Below are positions 47,959 to 57,787 of a DNA stretch of 64,000 nucleotides, one piece after another. The position numbers were made by a program, and so were the translations under genes. This DNA comes from Alphaproteobacteria bacterium. Lineage in GTDB: Bacteria > Pseudomonadota > Alphaproteobacteria > CALKHQ01. Below the pieces are notes generated by a model that ran no database searches, had not been told where the DNA came from, and saw only the letters and a program-made list of their open reading frames with translations. Positions within the stretch are counted from its first letter, which is position 1. Each line of letters opens with the position of its first letter. The stretch is from contig CBDDFZ010000002.1 in assembly GCA_965227515.1 (NCBI GenBank), positions 96,001 to 160,000 on the forward strand. The letters are read 5' to 3'.

Positions 47959-49215
47959 CTATTCGGCCATGATGGCGCGCATCTGCTCCTTGGCGTCGGC
48001 GATAATCTCGTCGATCGGATCGTCGGTGTAGTACGCGCGTTGCAGCATCTGCAGCCACGGGCCTTGCGGCGAGTTGATCAGTTCGAAGAACTTGAGGGTG
48101 TAGGGCGTCTGCGCCACCGCGATGGCCTCGGCCACGTTCTGCACCCGCGGGTCGGAGCGGAAATACTCGTTGTCGGCCATGTCGGACCGGGTGGTCATGT
48201 TCAGGACGGCGGCATAGCCCTCGATCTGGACCTCGTCGGTCAGCAGCCACTTCATGAAGTCGATGGCGTCGTCGACCCGGTCGCTGCCGTTCGGGATCAC
48301 GACGATGTCGCCGCCGGCGAACGAGGACGCGGAGCGGGGCTCGACGCCGGGCAGGGTGGTGACGCCGAAGTCCATCTCCGGGTTCTGCTCCATCGCCAGC
48401 GTGATGTTGAAGTTGCCGGTGCCCATCATGCCGATTTTGCCGGTGCCGAACTGCAGGATGAACGTCTCGCCGGTTTCCGACCGCGCCGCCGGGTTGACGT
48501 TGCCGTCGGCAATCATCTGGCGCGCCCATGCCAGCACCTGCGCGACGCCCTCGCCGGTCAACGGCTCGTCATCGGCGTCCTGCGGCGCGATCTTTGCGCC
48601 TGATGCCCACATCAGCGGGCCGACAGTGAAGATGTTGCAGCCGGCGCACGACCCCGGCAGGTAGTATCCGTAGATGTCGTCACCCAGTGCGCTGATCTGT
48701 GCCGCGTATTCGGCAATCTCGGCCAAGCTGTCCGGCGGATCCTCCGGGTCCAGCCCGGCCTCTCGAAACAGGTCCTTGTTGTAGAACAGCGCCGACACGT
48801 CGGCATAGAGCGGCACGCCGTAGAGCCGGCCCTCGTAAGTCGAGACCGCCATGTGGCCGGGGCTCGCGGTCTTCAGGTTCGGGTCATCGCCGATCAGGTC
48901 GGTGATGTCGACAAGCTGGCCTGCAGCCTCGAACTGCGGGCCGTAGATCAGGTCCAGGCCCATCAGGTCCGGCGGGTCGCCCGCGGCGATCGCCTGCGCC
49001 AACTTCGGCACCATTTCCGCGTGTGGGATGTAGGTGAGCTCGATGGGTCGGTCCGGGTTGGCCTCGTTCCACATCGCGGCCAACCGGTCGGTCATTGGCG
49101 CGTTACCGCCGGTCCGCTCCCAAAACACCAGTGGTTCCTGCGCCAGCGCCGGCAGCGTCAGCAATCCGGCCAGGCCCCCAAGCACCGCAAGTCCGAGTCT
49201 CTTATTCGCACCCAT
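47959..49215 (-). CDS. Sugar ABC substrate-binding protein
   Basis: Signal peptide, AGDPPDL, LFYNKDLF; GGGAGGA RBS. Confidence 0.92.
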   Translation of the reverse strand: MGANKRLGLAVLGGLAGLLTLPALAQEPLVFWERTGGNAPMTDRLAAMWNEANPDRPIELTYIPHAEMVPKLAQAIAAGDPPDLMGLDLIYGPQFEAAGQLVDITDLIGDDPNLKTASPGHMAVSTYEGRLYGVPLYADVSALFYNKDLFREAGLDPEDPPDSLAEIAEYAAQISALGDDIYGYYLPGSCAGCNIFTVGPLMWASGAKIAPQDADDEPLTGEGVAQVLAWARQMIADGNVNPAARSETGETFILQFGTGKIGMMGTGNFNITLAMEQNPEMDFGVTTLPGVEPRSASSFAGGDIVVIPNGSDRVDDAIDFMKWLLTDEVQIEGYAAVLNMTTRSDMADNEYFRSDPRVQNVAEAIAVAQTPYTLKFFELINSPQGPWLQMLQRAYYTDDPIDEIIADAKEQMRAIMAE

Positions 49216-49340
49216 GTCCATTCCTCCCATTGCCGTTGTGCCCATTACGGTTCTGCCGGGGTCGTTCTTTGCGCCCCGATTTCCCGGCGAGCCGTCTCGC
49301 CCGCCGTTGCTGCCTTGCCCCAGCCATGCGAGAGCATGAT

Positions 49341-49356
49341 TAGGAAAACGTTTTCC
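49341..49356. promoter_or_regulatory. LacI-family operator, second copy
   Basis: TAGGAAAACGTTTTCC, identical core to 38998-39013. Confidence 0.85.
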
Positions 49357-49420
49357 CGAGAGATTAGGCCATATCGAAGCGGCATGCGCAAGAGAGATGT
49401 CGAGCCAGGAGGACGTCGCG

Positions 49421-49945
49421 TGACCTGCCCCCGTTAACCGGATCCAGGGGCTGCATTAGAGGATAGCTCCTGGGTCGCACTGGAAGGGAGCTAAGGCATG
49501 GCCAAGTGACGTTCTGTTGAACAGATCATCCACGATATTCGCGAGGCGGATGTGCTGCTGTCGCGGGGTCAGACTGTCGGTGAGGTTTGCCGTCGGCTCG
49601 GTGTTTCCGAACAGAGCTACTACCGATGGCGCAAGGAGTATGGCCTGTATGGCTACCGCCGGATGACGGCTCTGCTGGGTGCCGAGGGCTGGCACGTGAA
49701 CCACAAGCGGGTTGAGCGTATCTGGCGGTGTGAGGGGCTGAAGGGCCCGCAGAAGCAGCCGAAGCGGGGCCGGCGGTGGCTGAACGATGGATCGCGCATC
49801 CGTCTGCGGCCATGCTGGTGCAATCATGTTTGGGCGTATGACTTCGTGCAGGGCCGAACGCACGATGGCCGGGCGTTCCGGATGCTGACAGTGATCGACG
49901 AGTTCACCCGGGAGTGTCTGGCGATCGAGGTCGCGCGGCGCTTGC
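49421..49945 (+). mobile_element. IS3-family remnant (left end, internally deleted orfA/orfB, truncated)
   Basis: Starts TGACCTGCCCC; orfA-like VCRRLGVSEQSYYRWRKEYG joined to orfB-like YGYRR, NHKRVER, W.YDF, VIDEFTRECLAI; no right end. Confidence 0.88.
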
Positions 49946-50187
49946 GCCGCCGGGCTTACTGCCCGAGCGGCGGCACGGATGCTGTAACGGAGGTCCGCGC
50001 TGGCTTCCGGGACCAAGCCGTCAAGAAGCAGCGCATCGAGGCGTTCCGCACGGGCGAGCATGGTGGCCGCGGCGGTCGATTGTTCGGCAAGCGCAACGGC
50101 GTCATTGCGCAGGCGATCCGGCCAGCGGGCGGGATCGGCGCCGTGCGTGTCGAGCAAGTGGCGAAAGGTATCGAGATCCATGGTCAT
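49946..50187 (-). pseudogene. Anti-sigma factor, truncated by the IS3 remnant
   Basis: F..LLD.HGADPARWP N-terminus; ATGA overlap with sigma gene; reading frame runs into IS sequence before any TM segment. Confidence 0.7.
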
Positions 50188-50738
50188 GCCTCGACGTTCA
50201 ACAATTTGGCGCGAAGGGAGCGGCGCGCGCGTGCGAGCAGCTGTTCGACGGCGCCGACGGTGACGCCCAGTGTCGCCGCGGCCTCGGCATTGGAGGCGCC
50301 GGCGCCTTAGACCAGGGCGACGGCTGCCTGCTGACGCTCCGGAAGCACGGATACGGCCGCGGCAACGTCGCGTTCCTCCTCGGCCGACACTAGCAGCGCT
50401 TCCTGGTTGGCACTCTCGTCAGCCGGCTCGCTTACCTGGTCGAGCGCGACGCCCGAAGGCCGGCGTTTCAGGTCCAGGCACTGGTTCACAACGACCCTCC
50501 AGAGCCAAGTAGAGAACGCACCGCGACCGGGTCGCCAGCGTTCAGCCTTGCGCCAGATTTTGAGGAACACTTCCTGCACCGTATCCTCCGCGTCAGCCCG
50601 GGATCCCAGCATGCGCTGCGCCAATCGCAACGTGCGATCAAGGTGTCGGTCGACAAGCATGCCGAAGGCCCGATCGTCGCCATCGACGATCATCGCCATC
50701 AGCGCTTCATCCGTTTCGGCATCGTTTGTATGTGCCAC
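50184..50738 (-). pseudogene. ECF sigma-70 factor with in-frame premature TAA at 50307-50309
   Basis: Region 2 DAEDTVQEVF, FSTWL; after TAA the same frame continues as region 4 SNAEAAATLGVTVGAVEQLLARARRSLR to TGA 50184. Confidence 0.85.
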
Positions 50739-50978
50739 ATGTGACCCTTGTTACGCGCCAACTCGATTGAGCAAGCCGGGACGATTTGTGGTGCCTCGTA
50801 CGTTGCTTGTCTGGAGAAGGCAGACATGGGCAAAGTCCGTACATCATTGAACGGACCGACGCGGCAAACCTGACGCGCGACGTTGTATTTTCTTTCTCGG
50901 ACAGGTTTCCCGCCCGCTCCCTGGCCCGTTGAGGGCCACTCTCCGGCATCGGGCAATGCGGCTACACGGGCGTGTCTG

Positions 50979-51749
50979 TCAAGTGATATCCACCAACTTC
51001 TCCGCAGCGCAGCGCAGGTGCGGCAGGAAGTTGCGCAAGATGTGCGACTTGGAGATCCGCGCCGAGTGCGCGCTGATATTGAGCGCCGCCACCACGTTCC
51101 CGGCGCGGTTGCGCACCGGCACTGCCAGCGATCGCAGCCCTGGCTCTAGCTCCTGATCAACCAATGAATATCCGTGCCGACGCACCATCCTCAATCGCTC
51201 GTGCAAGTCCTCCGCCGTCGAGATGGTCCGGCGGGTGTAGGCGGGGAGGCCGTAGGTCTCGATGAAGGTGTCGACTGCCGGGTCCGGGTGCGCCGCCAGC
51301 AGCACCTGTCCCATCGACGTGGCATGCGCTGGCAGCCGCGCGCCCGCATGCAGGGCCACCGACATCAGCCGATGCGGCGCCGACGACCGGCAGACATAGA
51401 CCACCTCGCCGCCATCGAGCACGGCGACACTGCTCGATTCCCGGGTCTGCCGCGTCACCTCCTCCAGATAGTGCCGTGCCAAATCCCAAAAGCTGAGCGA
51501 CGACAGATAGGCGTGGCCCAGCGTCAACACCTTCGGGGTCAGGCGAAAGTGCTTGCTGTCGCCGGTGACATAGCCAAGCGTCTTGAGCGTCAGCAGGAAG
51601 CGTCGGGCGGTCGCGCGCGAGAACCCGGTCTTGTTGGCGATATCGCTGACCGTCAGGCTGTCGGCCTGGTCGCCGAAGCAGCGGATAACCTCCAGCCCCT
51701 TGGCCAGGGATGCCACGAAGGTCGAGCTGTCGGAAGCGATGTCGGACAT
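50979..51749 (-). CDS. IclR-family regulator (PcaR/PobR-like)
   Basis: FVASLAKGL, RATARRFLLTL, LPAHATSMG, DQELE.GLRSLAVP. Confidence 0.93.
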   Translation of the reverse strand: MSDIASDSSTFVASLAKGLEVIRCFGDQADSLTVSDIANKTGFSRATARRFLLTLKTLGYVTGDSKHFRLTPKVLTLGHAYLSSLSFWDLARHYLEEVTRQTRESSSVAVLDGGEVVYVCRSSAPHRLMSVALHAGARLPAHATSMGQVLLAAHPDPAVDTFIETYGLPAYTRRTISTAEDLHERLRMVRRHGYSLVDQELEPGLRSLAVPVRNRAGNVVAALNISAHSARISKSHILRNFLPHLRCAAEKLVDIT

Positions 51750-51789
51750 GATTATACGGGCCTGCCAGGTCGCGGCGAAATCGCCATTC

Positions 51790-51823
51790 GTTCGTATTGC
51801 GAACATATGATTGATATACGAAC
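51790..51823. promoter_or_regulatory. PcaR/PobR-type operator
   Basis: GTTCG-TATTG-CGAAC dyad (51790-51804) plus adjacent half site ATACGAAC in the divergent promoter region. Confidence 0.75.
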
Positions 51824-51902
51824 ACTGTTCTTGTGGCAACCAAGCGGTTTGGCTATCGTCGCCGACAACCAACAATCAACGTTCGCTTATGCGGGGGAAA
51901 CC

Positions 51903-52415
51903 ATGCCGGTCGAACAGGCAACGGCAACCGTGTTCGGTAGCTTGAACGACTTTGCCAAGGGCGGCGTTCAGGTCGTCGACGACGATGCCAAGAACTATGT
52001 CTTCTCGAACATTTTCGAAGTGGCGGGCAGTTCTGCGCCGTATGAGCGGGTCGCAGTCGCCAAGAACTTCGAGTACGTGATCGAGGCTGCGCGCGCCGAG
52101 GGCGTGTCCGGTTGGTACACGGCCGCCCACGACGAGTTTGCCGTCTGCATGGACGGTGAGATCCGCGTCGATCTGGTCAAGCTCGACGACCCGGATGCCG
52201 CGGTCGACCCGGAGAGCCAGGGCGCGCACGCCCTGGAGGGCGAGCCGGCGGGCCGCAAGATGGGCCATGTCGTGCTGCGCCAGGGCCACATGGCGCTGCT
52301 GCCCGTGGGTGCCGCCTACCGCTTCACGGCCGACAATCCTTCGGTGATGATCGTCCAGACGATTGTCGGGCCGGTGACCGTCGAAAAATGGGACGAGATC
52401 TGCCAGCAGTCGTAA
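51903..52415 (+). CDS. hapC: Hydroquinone 1,2-dioxygenase small subunit (HapC/PnpC1/HqdA-like)
   Basis: TVFGSL...KGGV, YVFSNIFEVA, HDEF, GHMALLP, TVEKW..IC. Confidence 0.85.
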   Translation: MPVEQATATVFGSLNDFAKGGVQVVDDDAKNYVFSNIFEVAGSSAPYERVAVAKNFEYVIEAARAEGVSGWYTAAHDEFAVCMDGEIRVDLVKLDDPDAAVDPESQGAHALEGEPAGRKMGHVVLRQGHMALLPVGAAYRFTADNPSVMIVQTIVGPVTVEKWDEICQQS

Positions 52416-52475
52416 AGGCCGGCTGACGAACGCGCGCCTCAACCGGCGCAGCTTTGGATATTGGAGGAACTGGAC

Positions 52476-53513
52476 ATGGCGATGGTCGAGCGCGCTGCCG
52501 AAGCGCCGCAAGTCTCCAACCCGCGCGGGCTTCCCCTCACCACTGGCAGCGAGGTCATGCCGCCGGACAACGTCAACGGCTACAAGGCGTTCAAGGTCGG
52601 TGACTTCCAGTTCCGGCGTGACAGCTATTTCGCGCACATCGAATGGCCCGGCGGCCGCCACCAGATGGCGATCGACGCCTTCCTACGCGCGCTGATGCGC
52701 GACGTCGCCTGGGGCTTCTTCTACGGCACCGTGAACTTCGATGGCGTGTTCGGCACCACCAACTATTACGGCGAGGTCGAGATGTTCGCCGGCGCGATGA
52801 ACGACGCCTACACGTCGGCCGGACAGGACTTCATTCAGCGCTTCGAATCAGGCGAACTGGCGAGCGTGTTCCGCGACATGATCGCCGACTGGACCAACGA
52901 GGGCTACGACCCGTTCGCCGCCCCGCTGGAGACCGAGGTGCCATGGGGCGTGAAGAGCGGCAACAATGACGAGGCGGTCTCGCGCCAGCGGGTCACCGCC
53001 AAGCGCATGGTCGGCCTGCCCGGCGACACGCCTGTGCGCAGCGACGACATGGGCATGCCGGTCAACCGCATGTTCACTGACGTCGACCAGTCGCAGCCCG
53101 AGGTCCACGCCGAGCCGGGCTTCGAGCATGAGGTCAGTGCCTACAACCTGTTCGGCTACCTCTCACGTTCCGACGTGACCTGGAACCCGTCGGTCTGCTC
53201 GGTGGTGAAGGAGAGCCTGTTCTGCCCGACGACCGAGGAGTTCATTCTGCCGGTCGAGCATGGCAATGACCGCGTCGAGTGGTTCCTGCAGATGAGCGAT
53301 GAGATCATCTGGGACGTGAAGGACGGCAAGTCCGGCAAGCCGCGCGCGGTGGTCACCATGAAGGCGGGCGACGTGGCCGCGATGCCGGCGGACATCCGTC
53401 ATACCGGCTATTCGCCGAAGCGATCGATGCTGCTGGTGTGGGAAAACGCCTCGCCGAAGATCCCGGACCTGGTGCGCTCGGGCAAGGCACCGACCGTGCC
53501 CGTGACCTGGTAG
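52476..53513 (+). CDS. hapD: Hydroquinone 1,2-dioxygenase large subunit (HapD/PnpC2/HqdB-like)
   Basis: FLRALMRDVAWGFFYG, DVTWNPSV, PTTEE.ILP..HGNDRVEWF, MPADIRH. Confidence 0.88.
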   Translation: MAMVERAAEAPQVSNPRGLPLTTGSEVMPPDNVNGYKAFKVGDFQFRRDSYFAHIEWPGGRHQMAIDAFLRALMRDVAWGFFYGTVNFDGVFGTTNYYGEVEMFAGAMNDAYTSAGQDFIQRFESGELASVFRDMIADWTNEGYDPFAAPLETEVPWGVKSGNNDEAVSRQRVTAKRMVGLPGDTPVRSDDMGMPVNRMFTDVDQSQPEVHAEPGFEHEVSAYNLFGYLSRSDVTWNPSVCSVVKESLFCPTTEEFILPVEHGNDRVEWFLQMSDEIIWDVKDGKSGKPRAVVTMKAGDVAAMPADIRHTGYSPKRSMLLVWENASPKIPDLVRSGKAPTVPVTW

Positions 53514-53545
53514 GCGTCGGGCCGGCACCGAACAACCGCACAGCC

Positions 53546-55009
53546 ATGCAGGACAAGCTCTTCATCGGCGGCGCCTTCGTCGATGCCGCCGCGGGCGGTA
53601 CCATCGAGGTGCTGAACCCGTTCGACAACTCACCGATCGCCCAGGTCGCCGAAGCGCGCGCCGAGGACGTCGACCGCGCGGTCGAGGCCGCGACCGACGC
53701 GTTCCCGGCCTGGAGCCGCATGGACGCGGCCGACCGCGGCCAGTTGCTGACCCGGCTCGCCGACGCCATCGAGGCCCATGCCGAAGAGCTGATCGTGCTG
53801 GAGGCCACAGACACCGGCCACCCGGTACGCGATGCCCGCAAGCTGGACGTGCCGCGCACCGCGCGCTGCTTCCGCTATTTCGGCGGCATGGCCGACAAGG
53901 TGGAGGGCTTCCTGCCGCCGGTCTATCCGGGCTTCATCAACTACGTGCAACGCGAGCCGGTCGGCGTTGTCGGCCAGATCGTACCCTGGAACTTTCCGCT
54001 CATGTTCACGAGCTGGAAGATGGCGCCGGCACTGGCGGCCGGCAACACCATCGTCATCAAGCCGGCCGAGCTGACGCCGCTGTCCACGCTGCGGATCGCA
54101 GAACTGATGCAGGAGGTCGGCATTCCTGATGGGGTGGTCAACGTGGTGCCAGGCTACGGCCAGACCGCGGGCCAGCGCATCGCCGAGCACGAGGGCATCG
54201 CCAAGGTCGCCTTCACCGGTTCCACCGCCACCGGCCGCAAGGTCGTGGAAGCCAGCGCCGGCAATTTGAAGAAGGTGCAGCTCGAACTGGGCGGCAAGGG
54301 CCCCAACATCGTGTTCGAGGATGCGTTCATCCCGGCCGCTGTCGGTGGCTCGGCCTGGGCGATATTCCACAACCAGGGCCAGGCCTGTATCGCCGGTTCG
54401 CGGCTGATCTTGCACGAGAAGGTCGCCGACGAGTTTCTGGAGAAGTTCATCGGGCTCGCAAGGTCGATACGGCTCGGCAACCCGCTAGACGAGGCGACCG
54501 AGATGGGGCCGCTGACCTCCCAGCACCACCAGGAGCGCGTGCTGCACTTCTGCGATGTTGCCACCAAGGAAGGCGGCGAAATTCTGACCGGCGGCAAGGC
54601 ACCCGACAGCGACGAGCTGGCGGCCGGCTGCTTCGTGGAGCCGACGGTGGTGCGCGCCAAGCCAGGCGACACGGTGTCGAAGGAAGAGGTGTTTGGCCCA
54701 TTTGTCAGCGTCACCACCTTCAGCGACGACGACGAGGCACTGGCGATCGCCAACGACGTGCGCTACGGCCTCGGCTCCGGCCTGTGGACATCGAACCTGT
54801 CGCGCGCCCACCGCATGGCGCGCGAAATCCATGCCGGCATGGTCTGGATCAACTCCTACAAGGTCGTGCACCCGGCGAGCCCGTTCGGCGGTATGGGCGA
54901 GAGCGGCTATGGCCGTGAGATGGGTTTCGAGGTGATGCGCGAATATACCCAGCCGAAGTCGGTCTGGGTCAACGTCGACGCGCAGATCCCACCGCATTAC
55001 CAGCGGTAG
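53546..55009 (+). CDS. hapE: Aldehyde dehydrogenase, likely 4-hydroxymuconic semialdehyde dehydrogenase
   Basis: PWNFP, FTGST, LELGGK, NQGQACIAG, EEVFGP; follows dioxygenase subunits. Confidence 0.85.
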   Translation: MQDKLFIGGAFVDAAAGGTIEVLNPFDNSPIAQVAEARAEDVDRAVEAATDAFPAWSRMDAADRGQLLTRLADAIEAHAEELIVLEATDTGHPVRDARKLDVPRTARCFRYFGGMADKVEGFLPPVYPGFINYVQREPVGVVGQIVPWNFPLMFTSWKMAPALAAGNTIVIKPAELTPLSTLRIAELMQEVGIPDGVVNVVPGYGQTAGQRIAEHEGIAKVAFTGSTATGRKVVEASAGNLKKVQLELGGKGPNIVFEDAFIPAAVGGSAWAIFHNQGQACIAGSRLILHEKVADEFLEKFIGLARSIRLGNPLDEATEMGPLTSQHHQERVLHFCDVATKEGGEILTGGKAPDSDELAAGCFVEPTVVRAKPGDTVSKEEVFGPFVSVTTFSDDDEALAIANDVRYGLGSGLWTSNLSRAHRMAREIHAGMVWINSYKVVHPASPFGGMGESGYGREMGFEVMREYTQPKSVWVNVDAQIPPHYQR

Positions 55010-55015
55010 GCGGCG

Positions 55016-55876
55016 ATGGTGCAGATCACAGACCTGGCGACGGCGGTTCGCGACAACATCAACAGCGGCGACACGGTCGCGTTCGAGGGGTTTACGCATC
55101 TGATCCCGCACGCCGCCGCGCACGAGGTGATCCGGCAGGGCATCACCGACCTGACCGTCACCCGGATGACGCCCGACCTGATCTACGACCAGTTGATCGG
55201 CATGGGGCGGGTGAAGAAGCTGATCTTCTCCTATGCCGGTAATCCGGGCGTCGGCCTGCTGAGGCGGCTGCGCGACGCGGTGGAGAACGGCTGGCCACGG
55301 CCCATCGAGCTGGAGGAGCATTCCCACGCCGCCATGGCGCACGCTTACGAGGCCGGGGCGTCCGGCCTGCCCTGCGCGGTGCTGCGCGCCTACAAGGGCG
55401 CCGACTTGGCCAAGGTCAATCCCAACATCAAGTCGCTGACCTGCCCGTTCACCGGAGAGGAACTCGCGGCGGTGCCGGCGATCCGCCCCGACGTGGCGGT
55501 GATCCACGCCCAGCAGGCGAACCGGCGCGGCGACGTGATGATCGAGGGCATTCTCGGCGTGCAGAAGGAAGCGGTTCTGGCCGCCAAGCGCGCGGTGGTG
55601 ACGGTTGAGGAGATCGTCGACGAGTTCGTCGATCCGCACATGAACGCGTGCATCCTGCCGCGCTGGACCGTCGACGCGGTGGTCGAGGTGCCGGGCGGCG
55701 CCAACCCGTCCTACGCCCACGGATACTATGAGCGCGACAACGCGGCCTATCTGGAGTGGGACCGCATCTCCGCCGACCGCGAGGCCTTCACTGCCTGGAT
55801 GCAGGCCAACGTGCTGGAGGCGGGGCCGGAGCGGTTCGCCGCCCGCGTGGAACTGCTGCGCAGGAGGGCCGCCTGA
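55016..55876 (+). CDS. pcaI: 3-oxoadipate CoA-transferase subunit A
   Basis: EGFTHLIP, RMTPD..YDQ, GNPGVG.L.R, YY.RDN. Confidence 0.88.
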   Translation: MVQITDLATAVRDNINSGDTVAFEGFTHLIPHAAAHEVIRQGITDLTVTRMTPDLIYDQLIGMGRVKKLIFSYAGNPGVGLLRRLRDAVENGWPRPIELEEHSHAAMAHAYEAGASGLPCAVLRAYKGADLAKVNPNIKSLTCPFTGEELAAVPAIRPDVAVIHAQQANRRGDVMIEGILGVQKEAVLAAKRAVVTVEEIVDEFVDPHMNACILPRWTVDAVVEVPGGANPSYAHGYYERDNAAYLEWDRISADREAFTAWMQANVLEAGPERFAARVELLRRRAA

Positions 55877-56679
55877 TGGACTTCACGCCTGCCGAGATGA
55901 TGACGGTGGCCGCCGCCCGGGCGCTGACCGGCGACGACGTGGTCTTCGTCGGCATCGGCGCGCCGTCGGCGGCCTGCAACCTGGCGCGGCTGACCCATGC
56001 CCCCGACATCACCCTGATCTATGAGAGCGGCACCATCGGCACTGCGCCGAACGTGCTGCCGCTGTCCATCGGCGACGGCGAGTTGGCGGAAACCGCGCTG
56101 ACCACCGTGCCGGTGACGGAGATGTTCCGCTACTGGCTGCAGGGCGGACGGATTTCCGTTGGGTTCCTGGGCGCGGCGCAGATCGACCGCTTCGGCAACA
56201 TCAACACCACCGTCATCGGCGACTACGCGCATCCAAAGGTGCGGCTGCCCGGTGGCGGCGGCGCGCCGGAGATCGCGAGCTGCTGCCACAAGGTGTTCGT
56301 CACCATGAAGCAGTCGAACCGCAGCTTCGTGCAGAAAATCGACTTCTTCACCTCGTTTGGCCACGGCAATGGCGGCAACGACCGCGCGGAGCTGGGGATC
56401 ACGACCGAGGGGCCGGTCCTGCTGGTCACCGATCTTGCGGTGTGGAAGCCGGACCCGGTGACCAAGGAGTTCACAGTGGTCTCGCTCCACCCCGGCGTCA
56501 CTTTCGCTATGGTGGAGGAGACATGCGGCTGGCCGGTGCGGTTTGCGGAGAGCGTCGTCGTCACCCGGCCGCCGACCCGCGAGGAGTTGGACGTGCTGCG
56601 CGACCTGCATGCGCGCACCGAGGCGGCGCATCGGCGCGCCGAGGCGGCGCCGTCCAAGCCGCTGGCCGCGGCCGGCTGA
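55876..56679 (+). CDS. pcaJ: 3-oxoadipate CoA-transferase subunit B
   Basis: FVGIG.P, IYESG, GFLGAAQIDRFGN.N, RLPG.GGA. Confidence 0.88.
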   Translation: MDFTPAEMMTVAAARALTGDDVVFVGIGAPSAACNLARLTHAPDITLIYESGTIGTAPNVLPLSIGDGELAETALTTVPVTEMFRYWLQGGRISVGFLGAAQIDRFGNINTTVIGDYAHPKVRLPGGGGAPEIASCCHKVFVTMKQSNRSFVQKIDFFTSFGHGNGGNDRAELGITTEGPVLLVTDLAVWKPDPVTKEFTVVSLHPGVTFAMVEETCGWPVRFAESVVVTRPPTREELDVLRDLHARTEAAHRRAEAAPSKPLAAAG

Positions 56680-56688
56680 GCCCGGGCG

Positions 56689-57753
56689 ATGCAGCCCTTC
56701 GTCTACAATGCGCTGTCCGGCCGGGTGGTGTTTGGGTCCGGCACCCTGGGCGAGGCCGGTGCGGAGGTTGAGCGGCTGGGCTTCGGCCGTGTCGTCGTGC
56801 TGACCACGCCGCAACAGGAGCAGCAGGGCCAGGACCTGGCACAGGCGCTGGGCAGCCGCGCGGTCGGTGTGTTCGCCGAGGCCGCCATGCACACGCCGAT
56901 CGAGGTCACCCGGCGCGCGGTCACCTTCGCCGAGAAGGCGAGGGCGGACGCGACGGTGTCCATCGGCGGCGGCTCGACCACCGGTCTCGGCAAGGCGTTG
57001 GCGTTGCATGTCGGGCTGCCGCAGATCGCCATACCCACCACCTACGCCGGTTCGGAGATGACCAACATCTTGGGCCAGACCGAAGGCGGCAAGAAGACCA
57101 CGCTGCGCGACGACAAGCTGCGCCCGAAGACCGTGATCTACGATGTCGACCTGACCATTGGCCTGCCGGTCGCCATGAGCATGACCTCGGGCCTGAACGC
57201 CATCGCCCATGCCATGGAGGCGCTCTATGCGCCCGACGGCAACCCGGTGATCGCGCTGATGGCGGAGGAAGGCACGCGTGCGCTCGGCACGGCGCTGCCG
57301 ACCATCAAGGCCGACCCGGCGAACGCGGAGGCGCGTTCCGACGCGCTGTACGGCGCCTGGCTGTGCTCGATCTGCCTGGCCTCCACGTCGATGGCGCTGC
57401 ACCACAAGCTCTGCCACACGCTGGGCGGCACCTTCGACCTGCCGCATGCCGAGACCCACGCCATCGTCCTGCCGCACGCCGCCGCCTACAACGCGCCGGC
57501 GGCGCCGGACGCGATGGCCCGCATTGCCCGTGCGCTTGGCCGCAGCGACGGTGACGGCGCGGCAGCGCTATTCGACCTGACTGGCACGATCGGCGCGCCC
57601 AATGCGCTGAAGGACTTCGGCATGCCCGAGGACGGCATCGACAGGGCGGCCGACATCGCGACCGAGAACCCCTACCAGAACCCGCGTGCGATCGAGCGCG
57701 GCGCCATCCGCGCCATGATCGCGAACGCCTGGGCCGGCGCGCCGCCGGCCTGA
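56689..57753 (+). CDS. hapF: Maleylacetate reductase
   Basis: A.MHTP, GGGSTTGLGKA, PTTYAGSE, LHHKLCHTLGG.F.LPHAETH. Confidence 0.92.
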   Translation: MQPFVYNALSGRVVFGSGTLGEAGAEVERLGFGRVVVLTTPQQEQQGQDLAQALGSRAVGVFAEAAMHTPIEVTRRAVTFAEKARADATVSIGGGSTTGLGKALALHVGLPQIAIPTTYAGSEMTNILGQTEGGKKTTLRDDKLRPKTVIYDVDLTIGLPVAMSMTSGLNAIAHAMEALYAPDGNPVIALMAEEGTRALGTALPTIKADPANAEARSDALYGAWLCSICLASTSMALHHKLCHTLGGTFDLPHAETHAIVLPHAAAYNAPAAPDAMARIARALGRSDGDGAAALFDLTGTIGAPNALKDFGMPEDGIDRAADIATENPYQNPRAIERGAIRAMIANAWAGAPPA

Positions 57754-57787
57754 CCTCAACGAGCGATACCACCTGGGGAGGAGAAAT

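Noticed and set aside
49456-50310. ORFs 49552-50310 (+) and 49456-50187 (-) as intact genes
   Set aside because: Both are chimeras reading across the IS3/anti-sigma junction near 49945
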